A stretch of 64,000 bases of DNA from Pelagibacteraceae bacterium AG-461-B04 (lineage in GTDB: Bacteria; Pseudomonadota; Alphaproteobacteria; Pelagibacterales; AG-422-B15): positions 69,393 through 133,392 of the forward strand of contig QCRN01000002.1 in assembly GCA_003211835.1 (NCBI GenBank), given 5' to 3'. How positions within the stretch are numbered: position 1 is the stretch's first letter; each line of letters starts with the position of its first letter. The translations under genes were made by a program, and so were the position numbers. The notes beneath the pieces are model-generated. The model saw only the letters and a program-made list of their open reading frames with translations. It made no database searches and was not told where the DNA came from. Below are positions 20,623-29,411 of the stretch, piece by piece.

Positions 20623-21222
20623 TTATGCATCGACAAATGCATTAAAGGAAAAGCACCTTCTTTCACCATCTCCTCTAAAAGGGTGAACGTCATGCATAAG
20701 AAATGATGGAAATATATATAAATCACCCACTCTGGGCTTAAAAGTCTCTCTGTGTTTCACGAGCGGTGGGCTATTTCTTGGAAGAGACACTCGACCATCA
20801 AAGAAAGAAATTAAACCAGCTAAATCTTTTTCTTTATTACGTTTAATTGAACTTGGTATCTTTAAATACCCTACTCCACTAATGTTACCTCTATGTAAAT
20901 GAGGTGGATTAAAATCTCCAGCAAATTGACTGACGATCCAAGCCTTTTCGATCCTTATTTTTTTTACTTTAATATTAAGTGTTTTATCGTAATAATCTTT
21001 TACAGATTTAATAATTTGTTTTTCAATCCCAATTTTTAAGATTTTTGAGGGTATCCTAAATTGCTGCTTCATACTTCCTACTAATCTGTGGTCATAATCG
21101 TATCTTTTTGAAAGTCTTTTATTATTAGATACCTGTTCAGAAAATTTATTTAGGCGAGCAACTGCATTTAAAGTCAGTTTTGTTTTTCCGATTGTAGGTC
21201 CAAATGGTTTGTATATCTTCAT
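20623..21222 (-). CDS. Putative 2OG-Fe(II) oxygenase (TIGR02466 / 2OG-FeII_Oxy_5-like)
   Basis: 199 aa. Motif PPHLHRGNISGVGYL followed by FPSFLMHDVHPF. As I recall, this family is common in marine bacteria and cyanophage/pelagiphage genomes. Confidence 0.6.
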   Translation of the reverse strand: MKIYKPFGPTIGKTKLTLNAVARLNKFSEQVSNNKRLSKRYDYDHRLVGSMKQQFRIPSKILKIGIEKQIIKSVKDYYDKTLNIKVKKIRIEKAWIVSQFAGDFNPPHLHRGNISGVGYLKIPSSIKRNKEKDLAGLISFFDGRVSLPRNSPPLVKHRETFKPRVGDLYIFPSFLMHDVHPFRGDGERRCFSFNAFVDA

Positions 21223-21229
21223 ATTTTCT

Positions 21230-21306
21230 TGGTGCGCCCAGAAGGATTCGAACCCTCAACCCTCAGATCCGAAGTCTGATGCTCTATCCAGTTGAGCTAT
21301 GGACGC
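21230..21306 (-). tRNA. tRNA-Arg (TCG)
   Basis: Reverse complement: GCGTCCA-TA-GCTCAACTGGATAGAGC-A-TCAGA-CTTCGGA-TCTGA-GGGTT-GAGGG-TTCGAAT-CCTTC-TGGGCGC-ACCA. Confidence 0.85.
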
Positions 21307-21330
21307 ATCTATATTATTATTTCAAGTAAC

Positions 21331-21753
21331 ATGCTTTTACTTAAGATACTAGAAAAATTAGGTAGGAAAAAGGTTGTTATGGATAGAGGTCCATCACATC
21401 CTGAATATTGCTTGGCAAAGCCTTGGACAGCAAGATATTATCTCTTATTTAGAAAAAGGCCTCGTTGGTTTCCTTTTAATATATTAATACATCATATTCT
21501 AGATGATGATCATGGTGTAGGTCTTCATAATCATCCTTTTCCATATATAACAATTATTGTTAGTGGAGGGTACTGGGAAACAGATATAAATAAAAATAAA
21601 ACCTGGAGAGGAAAATTCTATGTTGGATTTAGAAGCGCCGATAATCTGCACAGAGTTGACTTAGAGCCTGGGATCAAACCAGTCACCATTTATATTGCCG
21701 GTCCATACGGACTAAGAAAAAAAGGAAGAAGCAATTATGGCATTTCAAATTAA
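21331..21753 (+). CDS. Hypothetical protein with a cupin-like HxH motif
   Basis: The track ORF starts at 21292, inside tRNA-Arg. I place the start at the internal Met (MLLLKILEKL, 21331). Motif DDDHGVGLHNHPFPYITIIVSGGYWE. No function is recognised. Confidence 0.4.
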   Translation: MLLLKILEKLGRKKVVMDRGPSHPEYCLAKPWTARYYLLFRKRPRWFPFNILIHHILDDDHGVGLHNHPFPYITIIVSGGYWETDINKNKTWRGKFYVGFRSADNLHRVDLEPGIKPVTIYIAGPYGLRKKGRSNYGISN

Positions 21754-21993
21754 TTTATTTCTTAGCTGAGATCTTAATTGTCTATCTTTTTTTAATTGTA
21801 CCTCTCTTTTCATTGCTTCTGATTTGGAGAATAACTCTTCTTGATATAACAATTTCCATTTAGATCCTCGTGTAAACTTTGCTCCTTTAGATTCATTATG
21901 TGCTTTAAGTCTTTTTTTAATATCATTGCTCCAGCCTACATATGTTCGTACTTTTGGGTATTTCGTTCCGATGACGTAGACGAAGAATCTCAT
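21745..21993 (-). CDS. GIY-YIG nuclease-domain protein (UPF0213/YhbQ-like)
   Basis: 82 aa. Motif FFVYVIG...TYVGWSNDIKKRLKAHN...GAKFTRG. Confidence 0.75.
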   Translation of the reverse strand: MRFFVYVIGTKYPKVRTYVGWSNDIKKRLKAHNESKGAKFTRGSKWKLLYQEELFSKSEAMKREVQLKKDRQLRSQLRNKLI

Positions 21994-22064
21994 ATTTCTT
22001 GATATATTAATTGTATTTGGTATTGAAATAAATATAGTATCTATGAATCAACAGGAGAATAAGC

Positions 22065-22181
22065 ATGCGTACTACTCTTACAGTTTTAGCTTTTAGTTTC
22101 ATGATTTCTGCTTGCACTACGTTACAAAGCATAAATGAGACAATTAAGGGCGATGGTGTTCCTTATATTCCAGGAATATAA
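22065..22181 (+). CDS. 38-aa putative lipoprotein (below the ORF-track size threshold)
   Basis: Product MRTTLTVLAFSFMISACTTLQSINETIKGDGVPYIPGI. The SD-like AGGAGA lies 6-7 nt upstream of the ATG. Signal peptide with a lipobox-like ISAC. Sits in the largest otherwise empty gap of the window. Confidence 0.45.
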   Translation: MRTTLTVLAFSFMISACTTLQSINETIKGDGVPYIPGI

Positions 22182-22279
22182 CGATATTTAACTGGCCTCA
22201 TTATGGGGTCAGTTATACCTTGTAATAATCAGTTAAAAAAGTTAATTGCCATAATCTGTTTCCATTAAGTATACTTATC

Positions 22280-23410
22280 TTGATGTTTAAAGTACAAATC
22301 TCGGGAACTGGACTATACACACCCAAAGAAAAAATTTCTAATGAAGAATTAGTTGACTCGTACAATAAGTATGTGGATGAATTTAATTTATCAAACTCTA
22401 ACGATATAAATAATGGAAGTGTAGAGCCACTTGAAAAATCTAGCTCAGAGTTTATTGAAAAAGCATCAGGTGTAAAATCTAGATATGTTCAAAATAAATC
22501 AGGAATTTTGGATACATCCTTTATGCGTCCAAGACTTATTGAAAGATCTGAGGATCAAATATCCAATCTTGCAGAAATGGGAGTAATTGCAGCAAAAGAA
22601 GCTATAAAAAATTCCCAAGTCGATATTAAAGATATAAATGCTGTAATTGTTGCGTGCTCAAATTTAGAACGTGCCTACCCTGCTATAGCTATTGAAATCC
22701 AAAATGAATTAGGTATAGAGGGATTTGCATTTGACATGAATGTTGCCTGTTCCTCAGCTACTTTTGGAATTCAAGCCATTTTTGACATGATAAAAAGTGG
22801 GAGTATTACATCAGCCTTAATGGTCAATCCAGAAATTTGTACAGGTCATTTAAATTTCAAAGATAGGGATTGTCATTTTATATTTGGTGACGTTGCAACA
22901 GCTGTAGTTTTAGAGAGAATGAATGGGGAAATTCATAAAAACAATTCTTATGAAATACTTGGGACAAAACTCCTTACAGAGTTTTCTAATAATATAAGAA
23001 ATAATTATGGATTTCTGAATAGTTCTTCTCCCGAAGGAATCGGTAAGGCAGATAAACTGTTCCATCAAAATGGAAGAAAAGTATTCAAAGAAGTCATCCC
23101 TAAAGTTTCTAATTTAATAAAGGATCATTTAGAAGAAAATAAACTTTCCGCCGAAGATTTAAAGGGAATGTATTTGCATCAAGCAAATGAAAATATGAAT
23201 GTTCTTATTTCTAAATATGTACTTGGCAAAGAGGCGTCTAAAGATCTAGCTCCCGTCGTTCTTGATGAATATGCTAATACAAGTTCCGCAGGTTCAATAA
23301 TTGCTTTTCATAAACATAACGACTCACTAAAAAAAGATGATCTTGCAATTATTTGCTCTTTTGGGGCAGGTTATTCTGTGGGGAATGTTATTGTGAGAAA
23401 GATTGCTTAA
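22280..23410 (+). CDS. Long FabH-like beta-ketoacyl synthase III (thiolase fold)
   Basis: 376 aa. Cys-His-Asn triad contexts NVACSSATFG, YLHQANENMN and EYANTSSAGS. From memory, the N-terminal region ISGTGLYTP...FIEKASGVKSRY resembles the P. aeruginosa PA3286 class. The ATG at 22283 is probably the true start, since the track start is a TTG. Confidence 0.8.
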   Translation: MMFKVQISGTGLYTPKEKISNEELVDSYNKYVDEFNLSNSNDINNGSVEPLEKSSSEFIEKASGVKSRYVQNKSGILDTSFMRPRLIERSEDQISNLAEMGVIAAKEAIKNSQVDIKDINAVIVACSNLERAYPAIAIEIQNELGIEGFAFDMNVACSSATFGIQAIFDMIKSGSITSALMVNPEICTGHLNFKDRDCHFIFGDVATAVVLERMNGEIHKNNSYEILGTKLLTEFSNNIRNNYGFLNSSSPEGIGKADKLFHQNGRKVFKEVIPKVSNLIKDHLEENKLSAEDLKGMYLHQANENMNVLISKYVLGKEASKDLAPVVLDEYANTSSAGSIIAFHKHNDSLKKDDLAIICSFGAGYSVGNVIVRKIA

Positions 23411-23958
23411 AAATTTGGCTCCTTAGAGAAAAGCTTTCTTACTTTTGGTTCAAAGTATTCAAGAGAATAGGATTCATAATCTGGATCAAATGACTTTTGA
23501 TCCCACTTTTCACAAAAATCCACTGCATCTTGATAGTAAGGATGATCTTTGAATTTTTCTCTAGCATGTCGATCCCTTCCTATGTGATGAGCATAGTAAT
23601 ATTCTTGAAAAATCCCGTGATGAAGCATAATCCAATATACTTTTTCAGAGACATAGGGCCTTAAAACTGAGGCAACAAGTTGACTATGATTATATGGGGC
23701 AAGATTATCTCCAATATCATGTACAAGAGTTGCCACTACCATTTCTTCATCTGCGCCATCTTTTTCAGCTCGAGTTGCTGATTGAAGTGAATGCTCTAAC
23801 CTTGTTATTTGATAGCCATCAACTGAACTATCTAAATTTCTCAAAGCGTCTAATATTCTATCAGGAAGATCTTTTGAAAACTTTTCTTCATACTTACTTA
23901 AAAGATCATAATCTTCTTTTGTGCCGTCTTTCATCTGAGTAAATTTTACTTTTTCCAT
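23407..23958 (-). CDS. HD-domain protein, PhnZ/TmpB-like putative diiron oxygenase
   Basis: 183 aa. His/Asp ligand candidates LEHSLQSA (H56), LVHDIGD (H80-D81), YNHSQ (H91) and MLHHG (H113/114). The start codon directly abuts the stop of the upstream BBOX-like oxygenase (TAAATG). Confidence 0.6.
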   Translation of the reverse strand: MEKVKFTQMKDGTKEDYDLLSKYEEKFSKDLPDRILDALRNLDSSVDGYQITRLEHSLQSATRAEKDGADEEMVVATLVHDIGDNLAPYNHSQLVASVLRPYVSEKVYWIMLHHGIFQEYYYAHHIGRDRHAREKFKDHPYYQDAVDFCEKWDQKSFDPDYESYSLEYFEPKVRKLFSKEPNF

Positions 23959-25050
23959 TTATATTTCCTCTGATAATAATTTAAACTTACTTTCTGCGGA
24001 GTCATGGTCTATATATAATCCCTGCAGCCATCTATTGCCTTCAGCTGTATTATAACTTGTTCTGCCGTGAAGGGTTCGATAATTATTCATAATAATCAAA
24101 TCTCCCGGTTCTAAGCGAAACTTAAATATATATTTAGAAGAATTTATCATTTTATGCATTACTCTTTTTGACGCATAAAATTCATCAAGCTTTTTAGGGT
24201 CTTGATAAAAAACAAAATCCAGTCTGTTGCTATACTTTATTTGCTTTATCTCCCCTCGTTCACTTAACTTTATGATCTTGCCTGTTTTTTCCAGTATGGC
24301 ATCTTTGTCTTTAAATTTAAAATTGATAAGAGTATTCGTAAGAGTATTAAACGCATTTGGATTTTCATTTTTTAAGTCTTCTGCAACCTTAAACCCATCA
24401 ACAATTGTTGAGTCGCCTCCTTGGCAACTATTATGAATACAAAAAAGAAATTGAATAGAAGGTACTGGTTTTCGATATGGATTATCTGTATGAGACTCTA
24501 ATTCAATGGATGTATATGCTAAATCGTTTGGTTGTTTTTGAGACTTAACATTAAACAATTTTCCAAAATTAGTTTCTCTTATATATCCAATTTTTTTTGC
24601 AAAATTTATAATCTCACCATCTTCGGGTTTGAGTTTGCTGACAATTGCAAATCCGTATTTATGATAATATTCTAATATCTCATAAATTTGTTTATTTTCA
24701 TTTGCATTATAATCAAATTTAAGCTTTCTAAGTGATATACTGTCTTTATTCCAAAAAACTTTATCAGGAAGTCCTTTTGCTCTCTTTATTTCTTTAATTA
24801 AGTTTTTTATGCAATACTTAGCTACATGATTATCTGAGAATTTAATTAATAGTTTATCTTCGTCTAACTTATTTACTTCTTTGATTTCTAAATTTTCAAT
24901 GATTTTCTCTGGGTCATATAGTCGTTGTAGTGAATTTTGATCGACTGCTCCTTCTTCTAATGACCGTTCTCTCATCCATAAAGGATGAAGCTTATATTGC
25001 TCATCGCCAATAGAAAACCTTATTTCTTTTGAGTCATAATTAAAATCCAT
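23959..25050 (-). CDS. Gamma-butyrobetaine-hydroxylase-like Fe(II)/2OG oxygenase (TmpA-like candidate)
   Basis: 363 aa. N-terminal DUF971-like segment (LHPLWMRERS). TauD-fold facial triad ESHTDNPY (HxD) and RTLHGR. DLAYT, FLFCIHNSCQGGDSTIVDG and LQGLYID parallel the BBOX family. Confidence 0.65.
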   Translation of the reverse strand: MDFNYDSKEIRFSIGDEQYKLHPLWMRERSLEEGAVDQNSLQRLYDPEKIIENLEIKEVNKLDEDKLLIKFSDNHVAKYCIKNLIKEIKRAKGLPDKVFWNKDSISLRKLKFDYNANENKQIYEILEYYHKYGFAIVSKLKPEDGEIINFAKKIGYIRETNFGKLFNVKSQKQPNDLAYTSIELESHTDNPYRKPVPSIQFLFCIHNSCQGGDSTIVDGFKVAEDLKNENPNAFNTLTNTLINFKFKDKDAILEKTGKIIKLSERGEIKQIKYSNRLDFVFYQDPKKLDEFYASKRVMHKMINSSKYIFKFRLEPGDLIIMNNYRTLHGRTSYNTAEGNRWLQGLYIDHDSAESKFKLLSEEI

Positions 25051-25064
25051 AAAAAAATATAAAA

Positions 25065-27011
25065 CTAATTTTTTAATTCTTCAATATTTTCATATTCCGA
25101 TAAACAAGTAGGATTGGCTAAAGCCTCTAAATTCTTTATATTCATGCCATTGATTATATCTCTCACAGTAATTTCTGCTATTTTACCACTTCTTGTTCTA
25201 GGTATATCACTTACTTTAATAATTTTTGCGGGAACATGTCTTATAGAATTAGAAGATCTAATATTATATTTAATTCTATCAATAATAACTTGATCAAGTT
25301 CAATATCTTTTTGAAGTTTCACAAATAAAATAATTCTTGTGTCATTGTTCCAAGACTGGCCAACTACAATAGACTCAACAATTTCATCTATTTGCTCGAC
25401 AGACCTATATATTTCGGCAGTTCCAATTCTAATTCCACCAGGATTTAATGTTGAGTCTGACCGTCCGTAAATGACTATTCCATTATTTTGAGATATTTTA
25501 GCGTAATCACCTTGTGTCCATACATTCTTAAATTTTGAAAAGTATGATTTAATATATTTCTCTTTATTTAAGTCATCCCAAAATCCAATCGGCATAGATG
25601 GAAGTGGTGATTTACATACCAGCTCACCTTTTTGAAGCGTGCCCTGACCTTTTTCATCAAGAACATCTACATCTACCCCAAGACACTTACTTTGTATTTC
25701 GCCAGAGTAAACTGGCAACATTGGATTGCCGCCAACAAAGCAAGAAACGATGTCTGTCCCTCCACTAATGGACGCTAGATGTAAATCTTTTTTAATGAAT
25801 CCATACACATACTCAAAACTCTCACTTATAAGTGGCGACCCTGTGCTTAATATTGATTGAAGTTTACCTAAATTATATTTTTCTAGAATATTTACCTTAT
25901 CATTTCTTAAAGCATCAATAAATTTTGCACTTGTTCCAAAGCACGTTATTTCTTCTTCTTCAGCAATTTTAAAAAGGGTTTCTTTCTCTGGATAAAATGG
26001 GGATCCATCATAAAGTACTAATGAAACTCCTGACGCTAAACCTGTAATAAGCCAATTCCACATCATCCATCCACAGGTTGTATAATAAAATAATTTGTCA
26101 CCTATTTTAAGATCACAGTGAAGCTGTTGCTCCTTTGCATGTTGTAGAAGTGGTCCACCAGTATTATGAACTATGCATTTAGGTTTACCAGTTGTTCCAC
26201 TAGAATAAAGAATATACATTGGGTCATTAAATGAGTTTTCTTCGAAAATAATTTTTTCTTGATAAGTTTCTTTTTGAAAAATTGAATTTAAACTTATTTC
26301 ATCTATTCCTTTATCCAGTTTCTTGTCTGGATAATTAATACAAATGGTATGTTCGAGTGTTTTGATATTATTAATTACATTTTTTATTTTCTTTTCAATA
26401 TCAAATTTTTTTCCACCATATAAATAAATTTTAGAATATAACAATATTTTCGGTTTTATTTGGTTAAAACGATCTAAAATAGCTGCCTCGCCAAAATCTG
26501 GTGAGCAAGATGACCAGATCGCCCCAATAGAGTTCACCGCTAAAAATGCAATTAGTGTCTCAGCACTGTTTACCGCAACAGCCGTAATCCGATCTCCTTT
26601 TTTAACCCCTATAGATCTAAAATAGTTAGCTAATTTTGACGTTTTTGATACTAAATCTTCCTTATAATAACTTTTCTTGAAACCAAGTTCATTGATAAAG
26701 GTAATCGGGCATGAGTTAAGATTAGATAAAATATTTTCGGCATAATTAACTTTAATATTTTTAAAAAATTCTTGATTGTATATAAATTTATCCTTTTCAA
26801 TAACTGGGCTAGAGCTTCCTTTGTACTGTATGCCTAAATAATCTATTAAGCTTAACCAAAATTCAGCGGGATAACTAATGCTCCAGGACCAGATTTTACT
26901 ATAATCAAAACTAAATTGAATTTTGGTTTTTTCTTCTAAGAAAAGAAAATAATTATATAGGTTTGTTTTTTTTACTCTTTCCTTAGATGGGCTCCAAAGC
27001 AACCTTGGCAT
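25065..27011 (-). CDS. Acetoacetate--CoA ligase (acetoacetyl-CoA synthetase)
   Basis: 648 aa. Characteristic N-terminus LLWSPSKERVKKTNLYNYF...YSKIWSWSISYPAEFW. AMP-binding motifs YSSGTTGKPKC and YGRSDSTLNPGGIRIGTAEIY. Confidence 0.8.
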   Translation of the reverse strand: MPRLLWSPSKERVKKTNLYNYFLFLEEKTKIQFSFDYSKIWSWSISYPAEFWLSLIDYLGIQYKGSSSPVIEKDKFIYNQEFFKNIKVNYAENILSNLNSCPITFINELGFKKSYYKEDLVSKTSKLANYFRSIGVKKGDRITAVAVNSAETLIAFLAVNSIGAIWSSCSPDFGEAAILDRFNQIKPKILLYSKIYLYGGKKFDIEKKIKNVINNIKTLEHTICINYPDKKLDKGIDEISLNSIFQKETYQEKIIFEENSFNDPMYILYSSGTTGKPKCIVHNTGGPLLQHAKEQQLHCDLKIGDKLFYYTTCGWMMWNWLITGLASGVSLVLYDGSPFYPEKETLFKIAEEEEITCFGTSAKFIDALRNDKVNILEKYNLGKLQSILSTGSPLISESFEYVYGFIKKDLHLASISGGTDIVSCFVGGNPMLPVYSGEIQSKCLGVDVDVLDEKGQGTLQKGELVCKSPLPSMPIGFWDDLNKEKYIKSYFSKFKNVWTQGDYAKISQNNGIVIYGRSDSTLNPGGIRIGTAEIYRSVEQIDEIVESIVVGQSWNNDTRIILFVKLQKDIELDQVIIDRIKYNIRSSNSIRHVPAKIIKVSDIPRTRSGKIAEITVRDIINGMNIKNLEALANPTCLSEYENIEELKN

Positions 27012-27032
27012 ATCATAAAATTTTATTATTTC

Positions 27033-28457
27033 TTAAGCAATGTGAAGTGCTTTAGTTTCAAGGTAATCTTCTAGCCCCATGTCTCCACCTTCTCGGCCAT
27101 TACCAGATTCTTTATATCCTCCAAAAGGTGAACCATAATTATAACCACCGCCATTAACATGAACACCGCCTGCTCTTAATTGCCTTGAGACACGTTCAGC
27201 TCTTTCTTTATCTCCCGTTTGCAGATAGGCAGCAAGACCATAAGGAGTATCATTTGCTATTCTGATTGCCTCATCCTCATCATCAAAAGGGATTATCACT
27301 AGTACTGGACCAAATATTTCTTCTTGAGCAACTCTCATATTATTATTTACATCAGAAAAAATTGTTGGCTTTACAAACCATCCTTTTTCATGACCATCAG
27401 GCTTTCCAAGGCCCCCAGCTAGTAATTTTGCCCCCTCATCAATACCAACTTGAATCATATTTTGAACCCGATCAAATTGTATCTGATCAAAGAGTGGTCC
27501 GAGATGATCACCATCTAGTGTTGGATCACCTACCATAATTTCTTCAGCGGTTTTTTTTGCAATATCAACTACCTCATCGTAGCATTTTTTTTCTACCAGT
27601 AACCTTGTAGGAGCATCACAAGATTGTCCTGTATTAAACATACATTCATTTACTGAAGCTTTTACTTTTTCCTCTAAGTCACAATCCGCAAATACAATAT
27701 TTGGTGATTTGCCACCTAATTCTAATGTTACTTTTTTTACAGTCTCAGCTGACTCAATAGTAACTGACTTACCTCCTCTTTTTGAGCCAGTAAATGACAT
27801 CATTTCTATATCTGGATGCCGAGACATCGACACTCCTACTCCTTCTCCATCTCCATGTACTAAATTAAATACGCCATCAGGAACTCCAGCCTCATCAAGA
27901 ATTTCAGCGTAAATCATCGCTGATAAAGGTGTATGCTCAGATGGCTTTAAGATACATGTGCATCCTGTCGCAATAACTGGAAGGACTTTCAATGTTATTT
28001 GATTAATGGGCCAGTTCCAAGGAGTAATTAAACCACAAACTCCTATTGGCTCTTTTAATAGTACATCCGAATTGGAAAGAACAATTTTTTCTTCATGCTT
28101 CTTTAACGCATCAATAAAACCATCTAAATGTCCTATAGCAGCATCTGCCTGTGCATCTCGAGCCATTCTATGAGGAGCTCCCATTTCTGATGTCATCGCA
28201 TTAGCAAGATCTTCAAATCTTTTTTCAGAGATCAGCCGAATTTTATTTAGTAATTCTAAACGATCATTCTTTGTAGTTTTAGAAAAGGTATTAAATGCAT
28301 TTTTTGCAGCACTTACAGCCATATCTACATCTGTGGAATTACCAAGAATTATCTCACCTATCAAATCTTCGGTTGCTGGGTTGAGAACCGCCATTGTTTT
28401 AGTTGAATTGGGTTTTACCCATTTACCGTTAATATAAAATTTTTGAAGATTTTCCAT
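27033..28457 (-). CDS. NAD(P)-dependent aldehyde dehydrogenase
   Basis: 474 aa. Motifs ITPWNWP, FTGS, catalytic Glu in LELGGKSP, catalytic Cys in [12 protein letters not shown], and EEIFGPV. Substrate is not assignable from sequence alone. Confidence 0.85.
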   Translation of the reverse strand: MENLQKFYINGKWVKPNSTKTMAVLNPATEDLIGEIILGNSTDVDMAVSAAKNAFNTFSKTTKNDRLELLNKIRLISEKRFEDLANAMTSEMGAPHRMARDAQADAAIGHLDGFIDALKKHEEKIVLSNSDVLLKEPIGVCGLITPWNWPINQITLKVLPVIATGCTCILKPSEHTPLSAMIYAEILDEAGVPDGVFNLVHGDGEGVGVSMSRHPDIEMMSFTGSKRGGKSVTIESAETVKKVTLELGGKSPNIVFADCDLEEKVKASVNECMFNTGQSCDAPTRLLVEKKCYDEVVDIAKKTAEEIMVGDPTLDGDHLGPLFDQIQFDRVQNMIQVGIDEGAKLLAGGLGKPDGHEKGWFVKPTIFSDVNNNMRVAQEEIFGPVLVIIPFDDEDEAIRIANDTPYGLAAYLQTGDKERAERVSRQLRAGGVHVNGGGYNYGSPFGGYKESGNGREGGDMGLEDYLETKALHIA

Positions 28458-28526
28458 TTTGTTTTTTATTACATACTATACTATTCAAATTGTAAATTCT
28501 TTTTAATATTGTACCTTCATTATCTT

Positions 28527-29411
28527 ATGAATAAAAATGTTATAATTTCTTGTGCAGTTACCGGATCAGGGGACTCTGTTGGAAAGCATCCTAATATTCC
28601 TGTTACTCCTCAACAAATAGCTGATGCATCTATTGAGGCTGCTAATGCTGGAGCTGCTATAGCCCATATTCATGTTAGAAATCCTGAAACTGGAAAGGGA
28701 TCTCGAGATAATGAGCTTTACAAAGAAGTAGTTAGCCGAATTAGAGATAGCGGGACTAATATCATAATTAATCTCACAAGTGGAATGGGAGGAGATATAG
28801 AAATTGGTCCAGAAGATGATTTATTAAACTTTGGTTCTAATACAGATTTTGTAAATGCACTTGAAAGATTGAGTCATGTTGAAGAACTACTTCCTGATAT
28901 ATGCTCCTTAGATTGTGGTACTCTAAATTTTGGTGATGGAAATATGATCTATGTTGGAACCCCTGAACAACTAAGAATAGGTGCTAAGAGAATTCAAGAA
29001 TTAGGAGTTAAACCAGAACTTGAAGTCTTTGATACAGGTCATTTATGGTTTGCAAATCAGATGTTAAAAGAAGGCTTACTAGATCAGCCATCATTGTTTC
29101 AAATTTGTCTAGGTATACCCTACGGTGCGCCTGCAACAACTGGGTCAATGAAAAATATGGTTGATATGATACCTAAAGGAAGTAACTGGGGCGCATTTGG
29201 AATCGGAATTAATCAAATGCCGATGGTAGCACAAGCAGTTTTATTAGGAGGCAATGTTAGAGTTGGACTTGAAGATAATCTTTATTTAGAAAAAGGTGTT
29301 TATGCTACGAATGGATCACTTGTTGAAAAAGCCACTACAATAATTAATAATTTAGGCTCAAATGTAATGGGTCCTGATGAAGCAAGAATACATCTTGGAT
29401 TAAAAAGTTGA
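28527..29411 (+). CDS. BKACE-family (DUF849) beta-keto acid cleavage enzyme, dehydrocarnitine-cleaving type by context
   Basis: Start moved to the internal Met ([13 protein letters not shown]). Motifs [11 protein letters not shown] and VRVGLEDN. Directly upstream of, and overlapping, the carnitine dehydrogenase gene. Confidence 0.8.
   Translation: MNKNVIISCAVTGSGDSVGKHPNIPVTPQQIADASIEAANAGAAIAHIHVRNPETGKGSRDNELYKEVVSRIRDSGTNIIINLTSGMGGDIEIGPEDDLLNFGSNTDFVNALERLSHVEELLPDICSLDCGTLNFGDGNMIYVGTPEQLRIGAKRIQELGVKPELEVFDTGHLWFANQMLKEGLLDQPSLFQICLGIPYGAPATTGSMKNMVDMIPKGSNWGAFGIGINQMPMVAQAVLLGGNVRVGLEDNLYLEKGVYATNGSLVEKATTIINNLGSNVMGPDEARIHLGLKS

Noticed and set aside
21292-21330. Track start of the 153-aa ORF
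   Set aside because: These codons overlap the 5' end of tRNA-Arg (21230-21306) on the opposite strand. An internal Met at 21331 gives a non-overlapping gene.
22190-22215. Weak stem (AACTGGCC / GGTCAGTT with a G-U pair) after the mini-lipoprotein ORF as a terminator
   Set aside because: The stem is imperfect and is not followed by a T-tract. It is mentioned only as context and is not called as a feature.
28443-28526. N-terminal 28-codon extension of the BKACE ORF ([20 protein letters not shown]...)
   Set aside because: It overlaps the ALDH start on the other strand and is just a translation of AT-rich promoter DNA. BKACE family proteins begin close to the conserved IISCAVTG segment, so the start was moved to 28527.
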